From assembly GCA_002919195.1 (NCBI GenBank), contig PKEU01000206.1:1-58674 (forward strand): DNA of 58,674 nt, in the 5' to 3' direction. Each line of letters starts with the position of its first letter. The first letter of the stretch is position 1. The notes under the pieces are model-generated. The model did not search any database. It worked only from the letters and a program-made list of their open reading frames with translations, and was not told the DNA's origin. The position numbers and the translations under genes are program-made. This stretch comes from a bacterium. Its GTDB lineage: Bacteria; Bacillota; Limnochordia; DTU080; RSA5. Shown piece by piece: positions 25,627 through 33,907 of this stretch.

Positions 25627-28600
25627 CTACGAGGTCACTTCGACCGCTTGGCGAGCGGCCATGTCGGCGTACCGGCGCCAGCGAGCTCGCACGTCGTTTT
25701 CCGCCGCTTGGAGGAGCTTTGCGGCCAGCTCAGGCTCGCTGCGGCGCAGCGCCTCATAACGCGGCTCGCGGTACAGGTACTCGGCCAAGGGAATGCTGGG
25801 CTCTTTGCTGTCGAGCGTCAGCGGCTGCTCCCGGCGCGGATCGTACCGGAACAGCGGCCAATGGCCCGATTGGACCGCCAAGCGCTGCTGCTCGAGGCCC
25901 TTGGTCATGTCGATGCCGTGGGCGATGCAGTGGCTGTAGGCGATGATCAACGACGGGCCGTCGTACGACTCGGCCTCGAGGAAAGCCTTCAAGGTCTGCC
26001 GGTCGTCGTATCCCATCGCCACCGTGGCGACGTACACGTTGCCGTACTGGATCGCCATCATGGCCAGGTCCTTCTTGGACGTTTCCCGCCCCTTTGCAGC
26101 GAACTTTGCGATCGCGCCCCTCGGGGTCGCTTTGGAGGCTTGGCCACCCGTGTTGGAGTAAACCTCGGTGTCCAACACGAGGATGTTGACGTCTTCTCCG
26201 GTGGCCAAGACGTGGTCGAGGCCGCCAAAGCCGATGTCGTAGGCCCATCCGTCTCCACCGACGATCCAGACGCTGCGAGGCACCAGATCGTCGGCCACCT
26301 CGAGCAGCTCGGAGATGGCGTCGTGCCGCTCTTTCAGCGACTCGTCCTCCAGCGCGCTCCTAAGCCGTTTCTTGAGCTCCTCGACCCGCTCCCGCATGAG
26401 GACGTGCTCTTCGCGCCGGGTCGAGACGATGTCGGCGGCCAACGCTTCCCCGATGACGCCCGAAAGCTCCCGCACCAGGCGGCGGGCCCGGCTGGCCCGT
26501 TCGTCGAGGGCGAGCCGCATCCCTAGCCCGTACTCGGCGTTGTCTTCAAAGAGCGAGTTGCTCCAGGCTGGACCTCTCCCATGGCGGTTGGTCGTCCACG
26601 GAGTGGTGGGCAAGTTGCCGCCGTAAATGCTCGAGCAGCCGGTCGCGTTGGCGATCACAGCGCGGTCGCCAAACAGCTGGCTGAGCAGCCTCAGATAGGG
26701 CGTCTCGCCGCAACCGGCGCACGCCCCGGAAAACTCAAAGAGGGGCTGCAAGAGCTGGACATCCTTGACGTTGTCAAACTTGAACCCGTTGGGCACTGGG
26801 TCGATCGCGGGCAGGCTGAGGAAAAACTTGAAGTTTTCCCGCTCCGCCTCGACCAAGGGTTCCTGGGGCTCCATGTACAGGGCTTTCCGACCCGTCTTTT
26901 TGTCCACGACGGGGCAGGCCTCGACGCAGAGCGCGCAGCCCGTGCAGTCTTCCACTGCCACCTGCAGCGTGTAACGGCGGTCCTTCATCCCTCGCCAGCG
27001 GGCGGGCGCTGACTTAAATCCCGCGGGCGCGTCATCGAGCAACGCCGCATCATAGACGTTGGAGCGGATCGCCGCATGCGGACAGACAAAGACGCACTTG
27101 CCGCACTGGATGCAAAGGTCCGGATCCCAGACAGGCACCTCTGAAGCAATACTCCTCTTTTCCCACTGGGTGGTGCCCACCGGGTAGATCCCGTCCGCGG
27201 GAAGGGCGCTGACAGGCAGCTCGTCCCCCCTCCCTGCCAGGAGGGGCGCGGTCACCCGCTGCACGAAGTCAGGAGCTTCGGGCGGCACCGGAGCGATGCG
27301 GCTTTGCTGTGAGGTGACCGCCGCTGGAACGGGCAGCGGGTGCAAGTTGGCCGTCGCCTCGTCGATGGCCCGGAAGTTGGCCTGCACGATGGCTTCACCG
27401 CGCTTGCCGTAGCTCTTGCGGACAAACTCCTTGATCTTGGGAATCGCCTCTTCCTTGGGCAAGACCCCGCTCAAGGCGAAGAAGCACGTCTGCATCACCG
27501 TGTTGATCCTCTTGCCCACCCCTGCCTTTTCCGCTACCGAATAGGCGTCGATGACGTAGAGCTTAAGTCCTTTCTCGATCACGGTTTGCTGGACTTCCCT
27601 GGGCAGGCGGTCCCACGTCTTTTCGGGCGGATAGGGGCTGTTGATCAACACGGTCGCGCCCGGTTTGGCCCTTCCCAAGACATCGTATCGATAGACGAAG
27701 TCAAACTGGTGCACGCCCACGAAATCAGCCTGCTGCACTTCGTAGGCGCTTTGGATCTTCTCCTTGCCAAACCGCAGGTGCGAGACGGTGACGCTCCCCG
27801 ATTTGCGGGAGTCGTACACGAAGTACCCTTGCGCGTAGTTGGGGGTCGACTCCCCGATGATCTTGATGGAGTTTTTGTTGGCGCTGACGGTCCCGTCCGA
27901 GCCCAGACCCCAAAAGATGGCGTTGATGACGCCGTCTCTTGCCTCCGTTGAAAACGTGGGATCGTAGGGGATGCTGGTATGGGTGACGTCGTCCACAATG
28001 CCGACCGTGAAGTTGTGTCTTGGACGTTCGGCCTTGAGGTGATCAAAGACGCCCTTCACCATGGCCGGGGTAAACTCTTTGGACGCAAGTCCATACCGGC
28101 CGCCGACGACGAGCGGCAACGTCGCAAGGTGGCCGTCGACAGCAAACTGGTTGATGGCCGTCACCACGTCTTGATAAAGCGGTTCGCCTGCGCTGCCCGG
28201 CTCTTTCGTCCGGTCCAGCACGGCGATGCGCGTGACGGTTGGCGGCAGGGCGCGGATCAGGTGCTCCGCCGAGAACGGCCGGAAGAGGCGCACCTTGACG
28301 ACGCCCACCTTCTCCCCTTGCTGCACGAGCGCGCTGACGGTCTCCTCCGCCGTCTCGCAGCCGGAGCCCATCAAGATGATGACCCGCTCCGCCTCGGGGT
28401 GGCCGGAGTAGCTAAACAGTTCATAGCGGCGGCCGACCCGCTCGGCAAACTCCTCCATCACCTGCTCGACGATGTGAGGCGTTGCCAGGTAGTAGGGGTT
28501 TGCCCCTTCCCGCGATTGGAAGAACACGTCGGGGTTTTGAGCCGTTCCCCGCACGTCGGGGCGATCCGGGGAAACCCCGCGCGCTCTGTGGCGGCGCACC

Positions 28601-29196
28601 AGGGACTCGTCGATCAAAGCGCGGATGTCGTCGTCGGAGATGTCTTGGATCTTCGCGACTTCATGGGAGGTGCGAAAGCCGTCAAAGACGTGCAAGAACG
28701 GCACTCGAGCCCGCAGCGTCGCCGCCTGCGCGATCAAGGCCAGGTCCATCGCCTCTTGCACGGAGGAGGAAAAGAGCATTCCCCACCCCGTCTGCCGGGC
28801 GGCCATCACGTCGCTGTGATCGCCAAAGATCGAAAGCGCGTGCGTGGCAACCGCGCGCGCGGCGATGTGAAAGACAGCGCTATGCAACTCGCCTGCGATT
28901 TTGTACATGTTGGGAAGCATTAAGAGGAGGCCTTGGCTGGCGGTAAACGTCGTCGCCAACGCTCCCGCTTGCAAGGCGCCGTGCACAGCCCCAGCGGCGC
29001 CGGCCTCGGACTGCATCTGCACGACCCGGGGCACGGCTCCAAAGATGTTGCGTTTACCCGACGCGGCCCATGCGTCCGCGAACTCGCCCATGGGGGAGGC
29101 GGGCGTGATGGGATAGATTGCGATCACGTCGTTGGTCTTATAGGCGATGCGTGCCGCCGCCTCATTTCCATCGACGGTGATCCACTGCGTCGACAT
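25627..29196 (-). CDS. nifJ: Pyruvate:ferredoxin (flavodoxin) oxidoreductase, single chain
   Basis: DGNEAAA, YPITP, MQSEAGAAG, two CxxCxxCxxxCP motifs, FSGACAGCGE, GGDGWAYDIG; ATG 29196 after GGGGGG. Confidence 0.97.
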   Translation of the reverse strand: MSTQWITVDGNEAAARIAYKTNDVIAIYPITPASPMGEFADAWAASGKRNIFGAVPRVVQMQSEAGAAGAVHGALQAGALATTFTASQGLLLMLPNMYKIAGELHSAVFHIAARAVATHALSIFGDHSDVMAARQTGWGMLFSSSVQEAMDLALIAQAATLRARVPFLHVFDGFRTSHEVAKIQDISDDDIRALIDESLVRRHRARGVSPDRPDVRGTAQNPDVFFQSREGANPYYLATPHIVEQVMEEFAERVGRRYELFSYSGHPEAERVIILMGSGCETAEETVSALVQQGEKVGVVKVRLFRPFSAEHLIRALPPTVTRIAVLDRTKEPGSAGEPLYQDVVTAINQFAVDGHLATLPLVVGGRYGLASKEFTPAMVKGVFDHLKAERPRHNFTVGIVDDVTHTSIPYDPTFSTEARDGVINAIFWGLGSDGTVSANKNSIKIIGESTPNYAQGYFVYDSRKSGSVTVSHLRFGKEKIQSAYEVQQADFVGVHQFDFVYRYDVLGRAKPGATVLINSPYPPEKTWDRLPREVQQTVIEKGLKLYVIDAYSVAEKAGVGKRINTVMQTCFFALSGVLPKEEAIPKIKEFVRKSYGKRGEAIVQANFRAIDEATANLHPLPVPAAVTSQQSRIAPVPPEAPDFVQRVTAPLLAGRGDELPVSALPADGIYPVGTTQWEKRSIASEVPVWDPDLCIQCGKCVFVCPHAAIRSNVYDAALLDDAPAGFKSAPARWRGMKDRRYTLQVAVEDCTGCALCVEACPVVDKKTGRKALYMEPQEPLVEAERENFKFFLSLPAIDPVPNGFKFDNVKDVQLLQPLFEFSGACAGCGETPYLRLLSQLFGDRAVIANATGCSSIYGGNLPTTPWTTNRHGRGPAWSNSLFEDNAEYGLGMRLALDERASRARRLVRELSGVIGEALAADIVSTRREEHVLMRERVEELKKRLRSALEDESLKERHDAISELLEVADDLVPRSVWIVGGDGWAYDIGFGGLDHVLATGEDVNILVLDTEVYSNTGGQASKATPRGAIAKFAAKGRETSKKDLAMMAIQYGNVYVATVAMGYDDRQTLKAFLEAESYDGPSLIIAYSHCIAHGIDMTKGLEQQRLAVQSGHWPLFRYDPRREQPLTLDSKEPSIPLAEYLYREPRYEALRRSEPELAAKLLQAAENDVRARWRRYADMAARQAVEVTS

Positions 29197-29285
29197 GGAA
29201 ATCCCCCCATTCATCGTCATGACGTTCCACCTTGACCCTATCAAAGGGTTGGCACCGGCTGGTAGAGGCGTTTGCAGACAGCCGG

Positions 29286-29301
29286 GATGACAAATGTCAC
29301 C
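29286..29301. promoter_or_regulatory. Crp/Fnr-like palindrome between PFOR and sco
   Basis: GATGA-CAAATG-TCACC (TGA-N6-TCA). Confidence 0.4.
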
Positions 29302-29365
29302 CTCTAGCCTTTGGCGGAAAGACGCTTGCCATGGACCTCCAACACCGGTCAATGGACATTCGTCT

Positions 29366-29395
29366 CTTGACACCCAAGCGGGTATCAAGTAGGAT
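29366..29395 (+). promoter_or_regulatory. Sigma-A promoter with overlapping CsoR-like operator
   Basis: TTGACA-N17-TAGGAT; inverted repeat CTTGACACCC-AAGC-GGGTATCAAG. Confidence 0.65.
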
Positions 29396-29442
29396 TCGGG
29401 GGGTCAAAGTCAAAATGTATGGGCAGGTCCAGGAGGATGTCC

Positions 29443-30087
29443 ATGATCCCCAAGCGGCAAAGAGTTTTTGCCATCATCGTGATCGCGCTGGCCGTTGCCC
29501 TGGGCGGTCTCCGCTGGTGGATGGCGCAAAACCGGCCGGCGCCTCAGACCGCTTCAGCGTTTCACGGCGCCACCTTTGAGCCGGTGGTCCAAGCTCCGCC
29601 GATTCAGATGACGGACCACAAGGGCCGCCTTTTCGACCTTCACGGGGAGACGAGTGCGGGCAACGTGGTCGTTTTGTTTTTCGGTTACACGAGCTGTCCC
29701 GACGTGTGCCCGACGACGCTCGCCCATCACAAGCAGGTTAAGGAACTCTTGGGCGACAAGAGCGACCGCGTCCGCTTCGTGATGGTCTCGGTCGACCCAG
29801 AGCGCGATACCCGGGAGCGGATGGGGCAGTACGTCGAAGCCTTCGACGCCGACTTTATAGGGATCACCGGCTCCCTGGAGGAACTGGCGCCGGTGTGGCG
29901 AGCCTACAACGTCGCTCCCGAAAAGGAAGAGGTCCCCGGCTCCGCGCTGGGGTACGCCGTTTCGCACCCCGCGTTTACCTACGTGGTTGACAAGGCGGGT
30001 AACCTCCGGCTCGTCCACTTCCTTGGCATCCCCGCGGACGCCGTGGCCGAGGACCTGATCAAGCTCGTCGACGAACGGGTATCCTAA
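29443..30087 (+). CDS. SCO1/SenC copper chaperone
   Basis: FFGYTSCPDVCP, SVDPERD, conserved His (VSHPA); N-terminal anchor. Confidence 0.94.
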   Translation: MIPKRQRVFAIIVIALAVALGGLRWWMAQNRPAPQTASAFHGATFEPVVQAPPIQMTDHKGRLFDLHGETSAGNVVVLFFGYTSCPDVCPTTLAHHKQVKELLGDKSDRVRFVMVSVDPERDTRERMGQYVEAFDADFIGITGSLEELAPVWRAYNVAPEKEEVPGSALGYAVSHPAFTYVVDKAGNLRLVHFLGIPADAVAEDLIKLVDERVS

Positions 30088-30113
30088 CGCACCTTGGGTG
30101 AGGAGGCAGGTTT

Positions 30114-30677
30114 GTGCAGCGCAAACATTGCAAGAAGCTGATCGCCGCGCTCGTTTTCGCCGTCGGAGCCTTTGCCTGGATCGCCTTTGGCGCGTCGGCG
30201 CCGCTTAGGGCTAATCCTTTGCAGATCGAAGTAGAAAGTGCTTGGGCCCGGCCTGCCATTGCTCAGGGAAACGGGGCTGCTTATTTTGTGATGAGAAACA
30301 CGGGCGATCAGCCGGCGACGCTGGTGGGCGCGAGCTCTTCCGTGGCCCGGTACACGGAAATTCACGAGACTTACGTAATTCACCCCGACGCCCCCCACGC
30401 TGACGACCACGCTCATCACGACCATGGCCACGAGCACCACGATCACGACCACGAAGCTCTCGGCTCGGCTTCCATGATGCTGGGGATGCGCAAGATCGAG
30501 GCGCTCGAGCTCGCCCCCGGCCAAGAGATTGCTTTTGAGCCGGGCGGGTACCATATCATGTTGATCGAACTCCTCGAGCCGCTGGCGTGGGGTGACACCT
30601 TTGAAGTGGTGCTCCACTTTGAGGGTGGGCACTCCGTCAGCGTCCCTGTCTCTGTCGGCAGTGAGCCGGCACGCTAG
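30114..30677 (+). CDS. Copper chaperone PCu(A)C with His-rich insert
   Basis: SAWAR, AAYF, EIHET..M..PGGYHIML; insert HADDHAHHDHGHEHHDHDHE. Confidence 0.92.
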   Translation: MQRKHCKKLIAALVFAVGAFAWIAFGASAPLRANPLQIEVESAWARPAIAQGNGAAYFVMRNTGDQPATLVGASSSVARYTEIHETYVIHPDAPHADDHAHHDHGHEHHDHDHEALGSASMMLGMRKIEALELAPGQEIAFEPGGYHIMLIELLEPLAWGDTFEVVLHFEGGHSVSVPVSVGSEPAR

Positions 30678-30728
30678 GCCGAGAGACGAGCGGTTCGCTT
30701 TGGGTGTAGGGAAAGAGCCGGGTGTGCC

Positions 30729-31271
30729 GTGCGCGAGCTGACCTACCTCGATCACCTGCGGATACTCATGACCAACTGGGGGGCGCTGCTGTTTCTCGCG
30801 GGATTGGCTGTCGCCCTCTGTGGCCTTTTGATCTTGACGCGGGCGCGCCGAACCGGGCGCCCGCAAGGCTCATGGGAACGTGTTGCCGGCGGCGCGCTCC
30901 TGGTTGCGGGCGGGTTGCTTTGGAGCTACCTCCAGACCCTCGTGCCGACCCGCTACGCCACAAGTCCTGTACGCGGCTTGAGCAACGAACAAGTTGCCGC
31001 CCTGGCCGCTCCCATCTACAGTCAGCATTGCGCGGTGTGTCACGGTGAAAAGGGGCTAGGCGACGGCCCTCTTGCGACCTTTGTGACCCCGCCGCCGGCC
31101 AATTTCGCCATTCACGGCTGGCATCACCGGGAAGGCGAGCACTACTGGTGGATCACCCGGGGCATCCCCGGGACGTCGATGCCCTCTTTCGAAGGATTTT
31201 TGAGCGAAGAAGAGCGCTGGCTCCTCGCCCGCTACGTCAAACAGCTGGGAAGGGAGGCCCGCTTGCCGTGA
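30729..31271 (+). CDS. Membrane-anchored monoheme c-type cytochrome
   Basis: Two N-terminal TM helices, CAVCHG..G.GDGP, distal TSMPSF. Confidence 0.88.
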   Translation: MRELTYLDHLRILMTNWGALLFLAGLAVALCGLLILTRARRTGRPQGSWERVAGGALLVAGGLLWSYLQTLVPTRYATSPVRGLSNEQVAALAAPIYSQHCAVCHGEKGLGDGPLATFVTPPPANFAIHGWHHREGEHYWWITRGIPGTSMPSFEGFLSEEERWLLARYVKQLGREARLP

Positions 31272-32113
31272 GCATGGGCGACTCGCTGGTCCTTTGGCTT
31301 TGTCGACCCAATCTCAACCTGCCGGGAATCCCGGTGGGCTCGATCCGCATCCACCCCGACGTGCTGGCGGGCGTGCTGGTGCTTGTGGGCCTCTATTTCG
31401 CTGTTACCGGCGCGATGCGCGCCCGGGGCATCGTTCCCAGCCGGAGGCAACGGGTCTACCTCACCCTCGTTCTCCTCATCTTGCTCGTGGCGGAAGTCTC
31501 CCCCCTGCACGACATCGCCGAAGGGTACCTCTTTTCCTTTCACATGATTCAACACATCCTCTTGATTATGCTGTTGCCTCCACTCCTTTTGGCGGGTTTG
31601 CCGCCGCAGCTCTTTGAGCCGATCCTGCGCCGGCCGTGGGCCTTTCGCATCGCCCGCTTTCTTACGCACCCCGTGTTTGCCATCGTCATCGGAAACGCGG
31701 CGTACACCTTGTGGCACCTTCCCATAGCCTATCAATCGGCCCTGATTTGGCACGAGCTCCACATCCTCGAACACATCCTCATGGTGGGCACTGCGATCTT
31801 GATGTGGTGGCCGATCTTTGGGCCCGTCAAGGAGCTGGGCGTGCTGTCGCCTCCCGGCAAGCTCCTCTACATCTTTGTGCTCAACATCGCTCAGATCGGC
31901 GTCTTTGCCTACGTCACTTTCAACAACCGGATCATCTACCCGTTTTACGCGACGGCGCCCCGCCTCTTTGGCATCAGCCCTGAGGTCGACCAAGTGCTGG
32001 CCGGCGTGATCATGAAAGTGGGCATGTCGCTCGTCTATGTCCCGATCCTGATTGCAATCTTTTTCCGCTGGGTGCAACAAGAAGAGTCAGGCCCCCGGGC
32101 TACCCAAGCGTGA
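31268..32113 (+). CDS. ctaG: Cytochrome c oxidase assembly factor CtaG (caa3 type)
   Basis: YLFSFHMIQH, WHLP, HILEH, WWPI, DQVLAGVIMK. Confidence 0.9.
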   Translation: MSMGDSLVLWLCRPNLNLPGIPVGSIRIHPDVLAGVLVLVGLYFAVTGAMRARGIVPSRRQRVYLTLVLLILLVAEVSPLHDIAEGYLFSFHMIQHILLIMLLPPLLLAGLPPQLFEPILRRPWAFRIARFLTHPVFAIVIGNAAYTLWHLPIAYQSALIWHELHILEHILMVGTAILMWWPIFGPVKELGVLSPPGKLLYIFVLNIAQIGVFAYVTFNNRIIYPFYATAPRLFGISPEVDQVLAGVIMKVGMSLVYVPILIAIFFRWVQQEESGPRATQA

Positions 32114-32160
32114 ATGCCCTTCCCGAGCCCTCGCGCTGAAGCGGCCAATGCCGCTGGACA

Positions 32161-33108
32161 TCACTTTTCGGGAAGCTGCAGGGGCGGCAAGATGCTCTCA
32201 AGCTCGCGCCTTGCGGGCTCAAGATGCTCCGGCAGGCAAAGCCTCGTTCCCAACCGCTCGATAGGCTCGTTCACTGCAAACCCTGGCTGGTCCGTGGCGA
32301 TCTCAAAGAGCACCCCGCCCGGCTCCCGGAAGTAGATCGAGCGGAAGTAGGTGCGATCTCTCACAGGCGAGACGATAAAGCCCATGGCGAAGAGCTCTTT
32401 CCTCATCCGCTCCTGTTCCTCGGCGTCTTTGACACGAAAGGCCACGTGATGGACAGTTCCCGTCGAAACGGTGCCTGGAAGGTCATTAGGCCGCTCGAGC
32501 ACATCGACGATGCCTGCCCCAAGCGACGCCCGGGCGCGAAACCGGACGCGCTCCCCTTCCTCCCCCACCCTCTCAAAGCCCAGCCAGGTGAGGACTTCCG
32601 CCGTGGCCGCTCGTTGCCGCACCGATAAAGCGACGCCGTGGAAGGGGCCGAGCTGGTGAGGGGCGGGAACCGGAGAGCCTTCCCAGATCTCGAGGTCGGG
32701 ACGCTCTTGGACAGCGATGAGTTCAAAGGGCAAGCCGTGGGGGTCGGTGAAGCTGAGCACTTGCTCTCCAAAACGCTCCGCGGGCCCTTGGACGTCCACG
32801 CCCGCGGCGGCGAGCCGCTCGCTCCAGTAGTCGAGCGACTCTCTAGCAATCGGGTAAGCGATGGAGGTCACCTGCCCGTTTCCTCGCCTGCCCCGCGGCG
32901 CCCCCGGCCAGGGGAACGTGGTCATGATGGTGCCAGGACGTCCCACTCCGTCGCCGAAGTAAAAGTGGTAGGTGCCCGGGTCATCGTAGTTGACGGTGAG
33001 CTTAACCAGGCGAAGCCCCAGCACATTAGTGTAGAAGTCCAGATTTTCCTGGGGATCGCCCGCAATCGCCGTCACGTGATGGATCCCTGGTGTTTGGAAC
33101 ATCGTCAA
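32161..33108 (-). CDS. Ring-cleaving dioxygenase (MhqO/MhqA-like VOC family)
   Basis: GIHHVTAIAGD, TVNYDDPGTYH, GTVHHVAFR, DRTYFRSIYFREPGGVLFEIATD. Confidence 0.93.
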   Translation of the reverse strand: MTMFQTPGIHHVTAIAGDPQENLDFYTNVLGLRLVKLTVNYDDPGTYHFYFGDGVGRPGTIMTTFPWPGAPRGRRGNGQVTSIAYPIARESLDYWSERLAAAGVDVQGPAERFGEQVLSFTDPHGLPFELIAVQERPDLEIWEGSPVPAPHQLGPFHGVALSVRQRAATAEVLTWLGFERVGEEGERVRFRARASLGAGIVDVLERPNDLPGTVSTGTVHHVAFRVKDAEEQERMRKELFAMGFIVSPVRDRTYFRSIYFREPGGVLFEIATDQPGFAVNEPIERLGTRLCLPEHLEPARRELESILPPLQLPEK

Positions 33109-33212
33109 TCGCCTCCCGGCATGGTTGTGCGGGCGTCGTTGTCTCTAGTGTAGCTCAAGAAACACCCCGCAGCGAGCGAGACGGGCGCTGTGCGCAAAGG
33201 AGGATGCAACCC

Positions 33213-33890
33213 GTGACCCAATCCGGCGAAGCCGCGATCCACCAGGGCCTCCCAGTGCTCACAAGGGGCCGGCCGCTCGAAAAGGCCGATCGAGCCGTGA
33301 TTCTCGTGCACGGACGCGGCGCGAGCCCCGAGAGCATCCTGGCGCTTGCGGAGGCTTTCTCGCGGCCTGAGTTTGCCTACCTGGCGCCGGCAGCTCGGGG
33401 AAACACATGGTACCCGCACCGCTTCATCGCCCCTCTGGAGCATAACGAGCCCTACCTCTCCTCTGCCCTTTCGGTCCTCGACCAGCTGGTGGCCGACCTG
33501 GACGCGCGTGGAATCCCGCCCGATCGCCTCTTGCTTGGGGGATTCTCCCAGGGCGCGTGCCTGGTCGCCGAGTACATCGCGAGACGTCCCCGCAGGTACG
33601 GCGGCGTGTTTGTTTTGAGCGGCGGGGTGATGGGACCCGAAAATGCCCCGCGAGAGCTGGAAGGAAGCCTTGAGGGAACTCCCGTCTTCCTTGGCTGCGG
33701 CGATCCAGACGAGCACATTCCCCTGGCCAAGGTCAAGGAGTCGACGCGGCTTTTCAAAGCGATGGGAGGGTGCGTCACGGAGAGGATCTATCCGGGCCTT
33801 GGACATGCCGTCAACAGGGACGAAATCGAACAGATCGTGCGGATGATGGATTCCGTCGAGCCGCAATCACCGAGGCCCGCGCACCCGTAG
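33213..33890 (+). CDS. Phospholipase/carboxylesterase (MhqD-like)
   Basis: HGRG, GFSQG nucleophile elbow, D..IP, GLGH; GTG after AGGAGG. Confidence 0.9.
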   Translation: MTQSGEAAIHQGLPVLTRGRPLEKADRAVILVHGRGASPESILALAEAFSRPEFAYLAPAARGNTWYPHRFIAPLEHNEPYLSSALSVLDQLVADLDARGIPPDRLLLGGFSQGACLVAEYIARRPRRYGGVFVLSGGVMGPENAPRELEGSLEGTPVFLGCGDPDEHIPLAKVKESTRLFKAMGGCVTERIYPGLGHAVNRDEIEQIVRMMDSVEPQSPRPAHP

Positions 33891-33907
33891 AGTGCCCTTC
33901 AGGATGG

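Noticed and set aside
29197-29388. N-terminal extension of PFOR
   Set aside because: Homology begins at MSTQWITVDGNEA; the extension overlaps the divergent promoter region
30395-30455. CACGAC-type short repeats
   Set aside because: Explained by His/Asp codons of the PCuAC insert; not a CRISPR or DNA repeat element
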